Below, piece by piece: positions 30,901 through 40,840 of a stretch of DNA of 64,000 bases (its first letter is position 1; every line of letters begins with the position of its first letter). The stretch lies in NCBI GenBank assembly GCA_905181735.1, contig CAJIYR010000008.1, positions 154,214 to 218,213 of the forward strand. Direction: 5' to 3'. The notes beneath the pieces were generated by a model. The model did no database searches, had not been told where the DNA came from, and saw nothing but the letters and a program-made list of their open reading frames with translations. The DNA is from an uncultured Hyphomicrobiales bacterium (GTDB lineage: Bacteria > Pseudomonadota > Alphaproteobacteria > Rhizobiales > TMED25). The position numbers were made by a program, and so were the translations under genes.

Positions 30901-32550
30901 TTAACCAAATGGTCTCATGTTTGAAAATTCTTGGTCCTCATTCGTAATAAACTCTAGCAATGCAGATTTTCCCTCTTCATTTTTACTTTTTGCCCTTAAT
31001 ATTGCTGCGCCAATTTCATTTGGATCTTTAACAACTTCGGACCAACCTCCTAAAGCTTTTGCAATATCAGCATAATTACCTTTGACATTACGAGTGTTAT
31101 ACTTCTTATGACTTTCAGCCATATGTGTTGTTTCGATAGCCATCGTTGAATTTTTTAAAATAATTGTGCAGATAGGTAAGTTTGCGCGAACAGATGTCTC
31201 GAAATCTAATCCTGTCATACCAAACGCAGCATCTCCCATAAAATTTACACAAAATTTATCTGGTGATGCAAGCTTTGCGCCTATAGCAAGGCCAAGACCT
31301 GTTCCTAATTGGTGAGATTTTCCCCATCCAATATATGATCTGGGAATATCAGACCTATAGAATGGCATGATTTCATAACGCGGACTTCCAGCATCGTGAG
31401 TAACTATAGCGTCTTTAGGATCTATATTTTTCATGAACTCAGAAATTACTCTATATGGGTTAATCGGCTTTTCATTCGAGCTTAATTTATGGTCCCATTT
31501 TTTTAACCATTCAGATCTTATAGTTCTAATCTTATGAGTTACATTATCTTCAATATTTTTTCCCAAAAGATAATCTTTAGAACAATCTATAAATTGTCTG
31601 AGGACTAATCTTGCATCACCAAGTATCGGGTAATCAATGTTATAATTTTTATATAAATCTCTAGGATCATTAGTATTATGAATGATCGTTTTACCAGGTG
31701 GAATGGTTGTTACCATTGGGTGCCTAGTTAAACTAGTACCTATTGCAAAAACAACATCTGCATCTTTTAAAAAATGATAAACCGGATCACTCATAACTCC
31801 AGATCCACTTCCTAATGCAAAAGGATTTCTGTGCTCAGAAATTGCACTTTTCCCTTCCATTGTAGTCATAACAGGGATTTTTAATAATTTTGAAAATATT
31901 GACAATTCTTTAGATGCGCTAGAATATAAGACACCCGCTCCTGCTATAATGATTGGATTTTTAGCTTTAAGTAATATTTTTACAGCGCTTGAAACATCAT
32001 CACTATTAGCTTCCGACAATACGGGTTTTATAGGTGTGTAGTTATTTACCAAATCATCATCTACATCTTGATTTACTATGTCCTCAGGCACCTCAAGCAT
32101 GACAGGACCCGGTCTTCCTATCTTCATACTTGCTATTGACCTCCTCATGGCATCAACAGTTCTATCTGGTGTTGTTATTTGCTCAATTGATTTTGTTACA
32201 GATTCGTATGATTTAAGACTAGAGAACATTGGAAAAACCTTATCCCTATTTAAAGGGTGACCTAAAGGTAATATTAGCATTGGTGTAGAATCACTGTAAG
32301 CAGTTGCTATTCCTGGAAAAGCATTCTCAGCGCCTGGTCCATATTGCATTGCAAAAACTGATGGCACCTCTCCATTTGTAACTCTTGCATATCCATCTGC
32401 AATCCCAAGTCCTACCCTTTCCTGTCTACAGACGATAGGCCTTATATCTGCTCTTGCGGCAGCCTCTATTATCGGGGTTGTTGGATAACAATTTAAATTT
32501 TCTACCTTTTCTTTTTTAAGAATTTTAACAATTGCGTCTACAACTTTCAT
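30901..32550 (-). CDS. thiamine-diphosphate-dependent enzyme, acetolactate-synthase-like (function unassigned)
   Basis: RQERVGLGIADGYAR (catalytic Glu region), GPGAENAFPGIATAYSDSTPMLIL, and the ThDP motif GDAAFGMTGLDFETSVRANLPICTIILKN. 549 aa. No small regulatory subunit is nearby. Confidence 0.85.
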   Translation of the reverse strand: MKVVDAIVKILKKEKVENLNCYPTTPIIEAAARADIRPIVCRQERVGLGIADGYARVTNGEVPSVFAMQYGPGAENAFPGIATAYSDSTPMLILPLGHPLNRDKVFPMFSSLKSYESVTKSIEQITTPDRTVDAMRRSIASMKIGRPGPVMLEVPEDIVNQDVDDDLVNNYTPIKPVLSEANSDDVSSAVKILLKAKNPIIIAGAGVLYSSASKELSIFSKLLKIPVMTTMEGKSAISEHRNPFALGSGSGVMSDPVYHFLKDADVVFAIGTSLTRHPMVTTIPPGKTIIHNTNDPRDLYKNYNIDYPILGDARLVLRQFIDCSKDYLLGKNIEDNVTHKIRTIRSEWLKKWDHKLSSNEKPINPYRVISEFMKNIDPKDAIVTHDAGSPRYEIMPFYRSDIPRSYIGWGKSHQLGTGLGLAIGAKLASPDKFCVNFMGDAAFGMTGLDFETSVRANLPICTIILKNSTMAIETTHMAESHKKYNTRNVKGNYADIAKALGGWSEVVKDPNEIGAAILRAKSKNEEGKSALLEFITNEDQEFSNMRPFG

Positions 32551-32593
32551 ATTTCTCTCCCAATATACTAAAAGGTGACTAAAATAAAATCCT

Positions 32594-33658
32594 TTAACTT
32601 TTTCTATTTATTTCTAATCGGCGATCAACAGTATCAATAATACTATCAATAATTGAAACGTCTTTTCCCATCTGTAAGGCAATCAACCTTACAAGTCGAT
32701 CAACTCTTTCTATGTTTTTTGCACCAGTAAATAGCGCTCTTGCCGCTGATGACGGTCTAATCAAGCTCTCTGCTGCTTTAGCATATTTTTCAAACGGCAC
32801 TTGATCGGTTGAGGAGGCACCTAAATCTCTCGCCAGTTCACTAACCCAATTATAAATACCTTCTGTTACTCTAATATCAGAGTGAACAGCTTCCTTTATT
32901 GATCTAGCTTCATTTTCTTGAACGCATCTATAATTTCCTGCCAAAAGCATACTCCATTTTGCTAAAGGGACAAACAGGGAGTCGTGGACTTTTAGTTTAA
33001 CCGGAAGTTCAATTGTATCCTGTCCCTTTTTATAAAGAAAAGACTCAATATCGCTTTGTAAGTTCCTTAAAATTTTTGTATTTTCATCTGATGCAAAACT
33101 TGCAACTTTGAAATTAGTTGGCAACCCTACTTGCAGAACATTAATGGGCTCATCCGGAGGCCTAAAAGCTTGAGGATCAGGGCTACATAGCGTTACTAGA
33201 TCGGGATTAAATTCAGACCAAACATCCGGCTTTGTGAACGCTTCCTGTAAATCAGAAATTTTTAAATTCTCTATACGGGCAAGATATGGCAATGGAGGCA
33301 TATTCATAATAGACATGCAAGGAATAGCTGATTTAGCTACCCTTGATAGTAGATTGGCGACATCAGCAACGCCGTATTGAGGCTCTTGCATTGCTAAACA
33401 TATTAGATCAAAATCATTGGGATTAACATCGCTTGGACCTGCAGCAGTAATATTACCTTCGGCATTTGATGAGCGTAATTCTTCTACCCCTTTTTCTCCT
33501 TTAATTGGTAACCTGACAATAACACCTTCTTTATTAATAAGTTCAACCTCATTTGGCAAACAAACCAATTTGACATTATGGCCAGCAAGTGCAAGCTTTA
33601 TTCCCAAAAGAGAACCGTACGAAGCTCCTAAGATTAATATTTCATATTTTTTATTCAT
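32594..33658 (-). CDS. Rossmann-fold protein, ketopantoate-reductase (ApbA/PanE)-like, function unknown
   Basis: N-terminal ILILGASYGSLLGIKLALAGHNV beta-alpha-beta motif. 354 aa. The assignment is weak. Confidence 0.6.
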   Translation of the reverse strand: MNKKYEILILGASYGSLLGIKLALAGHNVKLVCLPNEVELINKEGVIVRLPIKGEKGVEELRSSNAEGNITAAGPSDVNPNDFDLICLAMQEPQYGVADVANLLSRVAKSAIPCMSIMNMPPLPYLARIENLKISDLQEAFTKPDVWSEFNPDLVTLCSPDPQAFRPPDEPINVLQVGLPTNFKVASFASDENTKILRNLQSDIESFLYKKGQDTIELPVKLKVHDSLFVPLAKWSMLLAGNYRCVQENEARSIKEAVHSDIRVTEGIYNWVSELARDLGASSTDQVPFEKYAKAAESLIRPSSAARALFTGAKNIERVDRLVRLIALQMGKDVSIIDSIIDTVDRRLEINRKS

Positions 33659-33689
33659 ATATACTACCCCTGATACTTATTATATTTTA

Positions 33690-34652
33690 TTATTTTTTAA
33701 ACGATTTATTTCCAAAGAATTCTTTATTTACCATAAGATGAATTCCTTTATTACCATTCACTACTTGCGTAACACGGAGATTACCAACGTAACTAAGTAA
33801 TGTATAAGCGTCTGCCTTTGATATATTACAATAAGTATGCAATAGATTAACCATTTGACGTACGGCAATTACAACGCAATTATCTAAATCAGGATCAAAT
33901 GCCATAGTGATAATATTATCTTCAGTTTCAGCCATTGGCCATTCCAACATCATGTCGTCACGTGAGGTTAGTTTAAAGGATCCTTTCATATTCATTTCCA
34001 CCGCTGCGGTACATATCTCTCCGTCACCCTGCGTACCATGACCATCGCCAGCTGAAAATAGGCCACCATCAACAAATACTGGTAAAAATACAGTTGATCC
34101 AGCAACTAGTTCTTTGTTATCCATATTTCCACCATTTCGTCTCGGCGGAACAGTAGAAAGGACTCCCCAAGGCTTAGGAGGAGCTGTGCATAAAACACCA
34201 AAGAATGGACTTAAAGGAATTGACATGCCCCAAGGAGTTTTTGCAACCATATTTTCTTGGTCAATATCAAGATAAGTCATTTGCTTCTCATGAAAATCAT
34301 CGGGAAGAGCGCCTTTAAGCGGACTTACTCCAGTATAAGCCCAGTCAGAATCCAGTTCCACAGAAAGGATGTCAACCTGCAATACATTGCCTGCAACCAA
34401 TCCTTTTATTTCAACTGGACCAGTACACATATGCCCGCCTTGTAAGGTACCTCTGACTGGATTTTCATGTACGTCATACAAAGCTTGTCTGACATTATAA
34501 GGAGCATTGGCAACAACGTCTGGTGGACCAGAGATAGTTGATAATGATACCGTATCACCACTATTTATTGAAATAATAGGAGGAATATCAGAACTTAAAT
34601 ACCCCCAGTGAACCGTTTCAGCGCTTGCTTCGATACTATGTTTGATATTCAT
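33690..34652 (-). CDS. acetamidase/formamidase family amidohydrolase
   Basis: GGNMDNKELVAGSTVFLPVFVDGGLFSAGDGHGTQGDGEIC is the FmdA/AmdA signature region. GGGAGG lies 7 nt upstream of the ATG at 34652. Confidence 0.85.
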   Translation of the reverse strand: MNIKHSIEASAETVHWGYLSSDIPPIISINSGDTVSLSTISGPPDVVANAPYNVRQALYDVHENPVRGTLQGGHMCTGPVEIKGLVAGNVLQVDILSVELDSDWAYTGVSPLKGALPDDFHEKQMTYLDIDQENMVAKTPWGMSIPLSPFFGVLCTAPPKPWGVLSTVPPRRNGGNMDNKELVAGSTVFLPVFVDGGLFSAGDGHGTQGDGEICTAAVEMNMKGSFKLTSRDDMMLEWPMAETEDNIITMAFDPDLDNCVVIAVRQMVNLLHTYCNISKADAYTLLSYVGNLRVTQVVNGNKGIHLMVNKEFFGNKSFKK

Positions 34653-34677
34653 ATGACACCCTCCCAATAATTAAAAG

Positions 34678-35559
34678 TTATTTACGTTTAACTCCAGCCA
34701 TTTGATCGGTTATAGCACAAACAGAAGCTGTATCTTCCAGACCAAAACCTTGTGCTAATGCAGATCTATGAATGTCACCGGCAGTTGATAAAAGTGGAGT
34801 CGGGCATCCTATTTGATCAGCATAATCTAGGATAACTGATATATCTTTTTTCATAATTATGTGATTTGCAGATACATCTTCATCATATTTACCATCTACC
34901 ATCATAGGCCCTCTAACTTCAAACATACGCGAAGTTCCAGCGCTTGATTTAATCACATCATAAACCAACTGTGGATCAATACCGGCTTTAATTCCATATG
35001 TAATTGCTTCTGCTGCTGAAACATTATGGATTGCCACTAATAAATTTGCTATGTATTTCATTTTAGAACCTGTACCGAATTCTCCTAAATAATGAACCAG
35101 TCTTCCCATCTTTTCAAAAGCAGGCTTCATCTTATTAAAAGAAGCTTCGTCACCACTGCCAAATATAACTAAATCACCAACAGCTGCCTGGTGACCTGTA
35201 CCACTAACAGGACAGTCTAATAAAATAACTCCTTTTTCTGCTAAAATATCCCTTGATTTCTCTTTATCAGATATTTTTAAAGTACATGTATCGGCGATAA
35301 TAACTTTATTTCCTGATTCAGCTATTTCCTCTGCAACAGCTTTCAACGCATCCGGATGGGGAAGAGAAGTAATAATTCTATCAACTTGCGACGATACATC
35401 TGTTGCCGATGATGCACGGGTTACTCTTGCATTACCTTGCGCTGCAAAACGTTCCTCATTCAAATCATATCCGATAATTTCATAACCTGCTGCACTTAAG
35501 TTCTTGGTATAAGCCGAACCCATAATACCTAACCCTATAATTCCTATTTTTTCAGACAT
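34678..35559 (-). CDS. NAD(P)-dependent beta-hydroxyacid dehydrogenase (3-hydroxyisobutyrate / tartronate-semialdehyde reductase family)
   Basis: IGIIGLGIMGS Rossmann motif and the GSKMKYIANLL catalytic-Lys region. 293 aa. Confidence 0.85.
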   Translation of the reverse strand: MSEKIGIIGLGIMGSAYTKNLSAAGYEIIGYDLNEERFAAQGNARVTRASSATDVSSQVDRIITSLPHPDALKAVAEEIAESGNKVIIADTCTLKISDKEKSRDILAEKGVILLDCPVSGTGHQAAVGDLVIFGSGDEASFNKMKPAFEKMGRLVHYLGEFGTGSKMKYIANLLVAIHNVSAAEAITYGIKAGIDPQLVYDVIKSSAGTSRMFEVRGPMMVDGKYDEDVSANHIIMKKDISVILDYADQIGCPTPLLSTAGDIHRSALAQGFGLEDTASVCAITDQMAGVKRK

Positions 35560-35741
35560 TCTTTATCCCTTATATTTTTGTTTTGTTTAAAATTTAGATT
35601 TTTTGTTTACATTATGATTATAAAATAGTTAGACTATATAATAATTTAAAATATATTCTATGTTATAGTATTACAATAAATCTATAATAGAAAATATTAA
35701 ATAAATAAATTATTCAATGTATTGATTAAATGGAGTTTGTA

Positions 35742-36767
35742 ATGAGTTCAGAAAAATTAGATGTTAGAGATACCGATTTCCCAACACGTGATTTGCCTAT
35801 AATGGACCTAGGTCCTCTTCTAGCTGGCGACACCAATGCAGTAAAATTATTATCAGAAAAATGGAGAGAATCTTGTGAAGGTCTTGGATTTATGTGCCTA
35901 ACTAATCATGGGATTAGCCAAGAAGCAATGGATAACATGGAAAATGAAGTAATAAGATTTCACGAACAACCAGATGAATACAAACTTAGTATTAAAGTTA
36001 ACGAACACCAAAGAGGTTATATACCTACCAAAGCTATGATGCTAAAACATTCAACTTATGAAGAACATACAAAACTTGATACAGTTGAGTGTCTAGTTTT
36101 AGCAACAGATTATCCAGAAGACCATCCGATGGTTAAAGCAGGTAAGCAATTTTATACTCAAAATCCTTGGCCTAAAGACCTACCTGGGTTCCGGGAAGGA
36201 GTTGAAACCTATTGGTCAGGTATTATAAATCTTTGCAAAAATCTTCTTCCTGTTTGGACCGAAGCACTTGACGTACCAGACGGATTTTTTGATCCACATT
36301 TCAGTGAACTTTATAGTTATTTCAGGCTTGCAAAATATCCAAAAGTAGATTTTGTTGAAGAAAAAGAATTTGGTTTAGGAGCTCATGCTGATACTGGATT
36401 TATGACAATACTTCCTTTAGCAAGAGAACCAGGGCTTCAGGTTCTAGGAACTGATGGAGTTTGGTTTTGGCCAAATATTCCAAAAGGAGCGCTTATATTA
36501 AATATAGGTCAATTTCTTGAAAGATGGACAAATGAAAGATTTCGAGCTACGCCACACAGAGTATTGCCACCAAGAAAAAATGATAGATATTCAATAGCGT
36601 GCTTCGTTAACACCAGTTTGGATACAGTTGCCAAACAAATTCCATCATGTGTGAGCAAAGAGAATCCGATGAAATATCCTGAAGAATCCTATTGGGATTT
36701 TTATAAATGGTATTTAGGACAAACATATACGCATTATGGAAAAGTAAACGTAAAATCAGAAGATTGA
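35742..36767 (+). CDS. 2-oxoglutarate/Fe(II)-dependent oxygenase (isopenicillin-N-synthase-like)
   Basis: Facial triad H-x-D (LGAHADTGF) plus a distal RATPHRV. GGAG lies 6 nt upstream of the ATG at 35742. Confidence 0.85.
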   Translation: MSSEKLDVRDTDFPTRDLPIMDLGPLLAGDTNAVKLLSEKWRESCEGLGFMCLTNHGISQEAMDNMENEVIRFHEQPDEYKLSIKVNEHQRGYIPTKAMMLKHSTYEEHTKLDTVECLVLATDYPEDHPMVKAGKQFYTQNPWPKDLPGFREGVETYWSGIINLCKNLLPVWTEALDVPDGFFDPHFSELYSYFRLAKYPKVDFVEEKEFGLGAHADTGFMTILPLAREPGLQVLGTDGVWFWPNIPKGALILNIGQFLERWTNERFRATPHRVLPPRKNDRYSIACFVNTSLDTVAKQIPSCVSKENPMKYPEESYWDFYKWYLGQTYTHYGKVNVKSED

Positions 36768-36788
36768 TAATCTTATCTAAAATATTAG

Positions 36789-36829
36789 AAAAAGGACCAA
36801 ATAATTAAATAAAATATTTGGTCCTTTTT
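36789..36829. terminator. bidirectional rho-independent terminator
   Basis: AAAAAGGACCAAATA-attaaataaaa-TATTTGGTCCTTTTT, between the convergent oxygenase and CoA-transferase genes. Confidence 0.75.
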
Positions 36830-36831
36830 AT

Positions 36832-38049
36832 TTATATAGTTCCATTGCTTTTATGATTTTTAATTTCTTCATCCGATAAGTTTAAATACTCCTTCAATAT
36901 ATCCACTGTATGCTCACCGTGCTGAGGGGGCGGCCTTCTATAAGTTACAGTGCCCTCATCCATCTTTAAAGGATTAGCAATCAATTTAATAGGAGTGCCT
37001 TTAACTGAAGGGTGTTCCATTTCTACAACCATTTTTCTTTCTTTTACCTGGGGGTTAGAAAAAACTTCCTTTAAAGTATTAATCGCACTACAACCAATAT
37101 TATTCTTTTCGAGATTTTCTAGCCACCATTTAGTATCCTTTTGAGAAGTAATATTGTTCAATTCTGCCGTTACAAGACTTCTATTCTTAACTCTTTCTAC
37201 CGCTTTGGCGTATCTTGGATCTTCTAATAAATACTCACATCCAGCAACAACACAGAATCGTTCAAATGTAGCATCATTGCCAACAGATAAAACAAAATAA
37301 CCATCATTTGTTGGCATTACTTGATAAGGTAATATATTGGGATGTTGGTTACCTAATCTTTCTGGGCTTTCTCCAGTTGATAAATAATTCATTCCTTGAT
37401 TTGCTAACCATGCAACATGCGCATCTAGCATTGAGATATCAATATTTTGTCCTTTTCCAGTATTATCACGATGTCGTAATGCTGCTAATATTCCAATTGA
37501 AGCATACATTCCTGCCATAAGATCAGCTATAGACACTCCAACTTTCATAGGCTCCCCATTCGGCTCACCAGTTAGACTCATTACCCCGCCCATAGCTTGA
37601 ATTAAAGCATCATAAGCAGGTCTATTCGAATAAGGTCCCGTTTGCCCAAAACCTGTAACAGAACAATATATTAGACCAGGAAATTTCTCTTTTAACGAAC
37701 TATAATCTAGACCAAATTTTTTTAATGTTCCAACTTTAAAATTTTCAACCAATATATCTGATTTTGCAATCAATTTCTTGGCAAGATCTTGTCCCTCTTT
37801 TGAATTTAGATTCAAAGTGATAGAACGTTTGTTTCTATTTGCACCAGCAAAGTAAGCGCTTTCATCTGTATCCTTGCCATCTACATCCTTTAAAAATGGT
37901 GGAGCAAAATTCCTAGTATCGTCTCCACCCTCTATTCTTTCAATTTTTATAATATCCGCACCCAAATCTCCTAACATTTGGGTTGAAAATGGACCCGCGA
38001 GAACACGTGTCAAATCAAAAACAACCAAACCAGCCAAAGGTCCCTGCAT
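36832..38049 (-). CDS. family III CoA-transferase (CaiB/BaiF/Frc-like)
   Basis: GPLAGLVVFDLTRVLAGPFSTQMLGDLGADIIKIE N-terminus. I prefer the ATG at 38047-38049 (MQGPLAG) over the track start. Confidence 0.88.
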   Translation of the reverse strand: MQGPLAGLVVFDLTRVLAGPFSTQMLGDLGADIIKIERIEGGDDTRNFAPPFLKDVDGKDTDESAYFAGANRNKRSITLNLNSKEGQDLAKKLIAKSDILVENFKVGTLKKFGLDYSSLKEKFPGLIYCSVTGFGQTGPYSNRPAYDALIQAMGGVMSLTGEPNGEPMKVGVSIADLMAGMYASIGILAALRHRDNTGKGQNIDISMLDAHVAWLANQGMNYLSTGESPERLGNQHPNILPYQVMPTNDGYFVLSVGNDATFERFCVVAGCEYLLEDPRYAKAVERVKNRSLVTAELNNITSQKDTKWWLENLEKNNIGCSAINTLKEVFSNPQVKERKMVVEMEHPSVKGTPIKLIANPLKMDEGTVTYRRPPPQHGEHTVDILKEYLNLSDEEIKNHKSNGTI

Positions 38050-38203
38050 ATTGTATATTTCCTTTAAAAAATTTATTGATTTAAAATTATAATACATATG
38101 ATATCATAATCTTTGATAGTTTTTATATACTTTTTAATGCTATAATATATTTTTTATTAAAAAACTGTGAATGTAATTATTAATTAAATTTAGCGAGATA
38201 AAT

Positions 38204-39073
38204 ATGGAATTACTTACAAACAGACTTGAATATCAAGCCTCAATAGATAGACCTAAACTAAAATTACCTAATAATGCAAAGATAGCTATTTGGCCAACAG
38301 TTAATGTTGAAGAGTGGAGCATAGTAAGAGATATGCCAAGAAATGCTTTGCCGCCTCCAATGGGCAACCAACTTCTTCCAAATGTGCCCAATTGGTCATG
38401 GCACGAATATGGAATGAGAGTTGGATTTTGGCGACATTTAAAAGCCTTTAAAGATAGAGGTATTAAAGCTACGCTTGCTATAAATGGCAGAGTTTGCGAA
38501 GCTTACCCTCGTGTGGCAGAGGAAGCTCTAAAAGCTGACTGGGAATTTATGGGTCATGGATTTGAACAAAGACCTCAACATTCTTTAGATGACGAAGATA
38601 AAGCAATAGCTGACACAGTTAAAGCAATCCATTCTTTTACTGGGAAAAATCCTATAGGTTGGGAGAGTCCAGGTCTTACTGAAACAGAAAATACACTTGA
38701 TTTGTTAAAAAAGAATGGAATTAAATATGTATGCAATTGGCCTATGGATGATTTACCAGCAGAAATAAAAACTAAGCACGGGCCACTGATTACTCTTCCA
38801 TATCCGCTAGAAACAAATGATATTGTTATACATATCATTCAGCAACAACCAGCAAATATATTTTTTCAACAGTGCCGAGATACGTTTGATCGCCTATATA
38901 AAGAAAGTGAAGACAACGCAAAAATTATGAGTATAAGCATGCATCCTTATTTAACAGGTGTTCCTCATAGGATTGGTTATGTTGAACAAGTATTAGATTA
39001 TATCTCTTCACATGAAGGGGTGGTATTTATGACTGGTGAAGAAATTTATAATTGGTATAAAAATATTAGTTAA
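38204..39073 (+). CDS. polysaccharide-deacetylase-fold hydrolase (PuuE-allantoinase-like)
   Basis: WPTVNVEEW, WHEYGMRVG and FMGHGFEQ segments. 289 aa. Confidence 0.75.
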   Translation: MELLTNRLEYQASIDRPKLKLPNNAKIAIWPTVNVEEWSIVRDMPRNALPPPMGNQLLPNVPNWSWHEYGMRVGFWRHLKAFKDRGIKATLAINGRVCEAYPRVAEEALKADWEFMGHGFEQRPQHSLDDEDKAIADTVKAIHSFTGKNPIGWESPGLTETENTLDLLKKNGIKYVCNWPMDDLPAEIKTKHGPLITLPYPLETNDIVIHIIQQQPANIFFQQCRDTFDRLYKESEDNAKIMSISMHPYLTGVPHRIGYVEQVLDYISSHEGVVFMTGEEIYNWYKNIS

Positions 39074-39106
39074 TTATATTTTATAACATACAGTATTGGT
39101 AACGCT

Positions 39107-39835
39107 ATGAATGATTTCTCAGGGAAAACTGTTTTAATTACAGGAGCTTCTAAGGGTATAGGAAAAGCTATAACCTTAGAATTTTCTAAATTAAATGCAA
39201 ATGTGATTGCAGTATCCAGAACGAAAAAAGACTTAGAATCACTTCAAAAAGAAACTTCTAATGCAATAGAAATATGGGATGAAGACATAACTAAAAATTC
39301 TTTTTATGAAAAAATATCAACTCTAAAAAAAATAGATATATGCATAAATAACGCTGGCATGAATAAACCAAAATTAATTGAAGATGTTGACGATGAAACA
39401 CTCGATATGATGCTAAATCTAAATATTAGATCTGTTTATAAAACTTCACAGGCCGTTACCAGTATAATGAAAAAAAATTTAGGTGGAGTTATAATTAATG
39501 TCACTTCACAGATGGGACACGTTGGCTCACCAAAGAGATCTGTCTATTGTTTAACAAAACATGCAATTGAAGGATTAACAAAGGCTCTGGCCGTTGAATT
39601 AGCGGAACATAATATTCGTGTTTGTTCTATTGCTCCAACTTTTGCTGATACTCCAATGACAAGACCTATGTTTGAAGATAAAAAATTTCATGATTTTGTA
39701 TATAATATGATCCCTTTAAAAAAATTAGTTGATGTCGACGATATTGTATCTGGTATAATTTATTTATCATCGTCATCTGCTAAAATGATTACAGGTACTA
39801 GCTTAGTTATTGACGGTGGTTGGACTGCGCATTAA
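39107..39835 (+). CDS. short-chain dehydrogenase/reductase
   Basis: TGASKGIGKA, NNAG and Y-x-x-x-K (YCLTKHA) motifs. 242 aa. Confidence 0.9.
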   Translation: MNDFSGKTVLITGASKGIGKAITLEFSKLNANVIAVSRTKKDLESLQKETSNAIEIWDEDITKNSFYEKISTLKKIDICINNAGMNKPKLIEDVDDETLDMMLNLNIRSVYKTSQAVTSIMKKNLGGVIINVTSQMGHVGSPKRSVYCLTKHAIEGLTKALAVELAEHNIRVCSIAPTFADTPMTRPMFEDKKFHDFVYNMIPLKKLVDVDDIVSGIIYLSSSSAKMITGTSLVIDGGWTAH

Positions 39836-39874
39836 GTAAAATTATTAAAATAATAAAATATTGGAGTAGATATT

Positions 39875-40828
39875 ATGGATATAAAAGTTGGACTAGATGC
39901 TATTAAGAAAGCTTCTCAAGAATTATCTAATTGGGGGAAATGGGGTAAAGAAGATCAAATTGGAACCCTTAATTATGTTACCAAGGATAATATTGTTAAT
40001 GCAGCAAAATTAATAAAACAAGGAAAAGTATTTTCACTTGGTATTCCATTAGATAGCGAAGGCCCACAGAATGGTTTATTTGGAGGGAGATTTAATCCAA
40101 TCCACCAGATGCTAGCAACGGGCACTGATGCAATTGCTGGGCAACAAGATTGGAATAAAATTAGATATGCAGATGATACACTTAATTTGTGCGTGCAAGG
40201 CGCAACACATTGGGATGCGCTTGGTCATATATTTTATGAAGATAAAGCATATAACGGATATAATGCCAAATTAATTGATTCAAAAGGTCTTAATGTTTTA
40301 GGAATTGAAAATTCTAAAGATAAAATGAATGGTAGAGGAATACTCCTAGATATTGCTAGATATAGAAATGTAGATTGGCTTCAAGACGGAGAAAGTATTT
40401 CAAATGATGAGCTTGACGCGTGTGCAAAAGCTCAAGGAGTAGAGGTTAATCGTGCTGATTTTGTAATAGTTCGTACCGGTCAAATGGAGAGATGTTTATC
40501 AGAAAATGAATGGGGTGGATATGCTGGAGGCGATGCCCCAGGAGTTAAATTTGAAAATTGCTACTGGTGCCAAGAACATGAAATAGCAGCAATTTGTTCA
40601 GATACATGGGGCGTTGAAGTTAGGCCTAATGAAACAGCTGACGCAAATCAACCATGGCATTGGGTTGTTATCCCTGCAATGGGATTATGTATGGGAGAAA
40701 TATTCTATTTAAAAGAATTGGCTGAAGATTGTGCGAATGATAATATTTACGAATTCTTCTTCTGTGGCCCACCTCTTATAATAACAGGGGGAACAGGATC
40801 GCCAATAAATCCTCAAGTCTTTAAATAG
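39875..40828 (+). CDS. cyclase-family (kynurenine-formamidase / isatin-hydrolase fold) metal hydrolase
   Basis: QGATHWDALGH resembles the H-x-G-T-H-x-D-x-x-x-H motif of the putative-cyclase family. 317 aa. Confidence 0.8.
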   Translation: MDIKVGLDAIKKASQELSNWGKWGKEDQIGTLNYVTKDNIVNAAKLIKQGKVFSLGIPLDSEGPQNGLFGGRFNPIHQMLATGTDAIAGQQDWNKIRYADDTLNLCVQGATHWDALGHIFYEDKAYNGYNAKLIDSKGLNVLGIENSKDKMNGRGILLDIARYRNVDWLQDGESISNDELDACAKAQGVEVNRADFVIVRTGQMERCLSENEWGGYAGGDAPGVKFENCYWCQEHEIAAICSDTWGVEVRPNETADANQPWHWVVIPAMGLCMGEIFYLKELAEDCANDNIYEFFFCGPPLIITGGTGSPINPQVFK

Positions 40829-40840
40829 TAGGGTGACAAA

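Noticed and set aside
38097-38108. A perfect 12-nt palindrome, TATGATATCATA, in the CoA-transferase / deacetylase divergent spacer.
   Set aside because: Palindromes of this length are expected many times by chance in DNA this AT-rich. I saw no second copy in the island's other divergent spacers.
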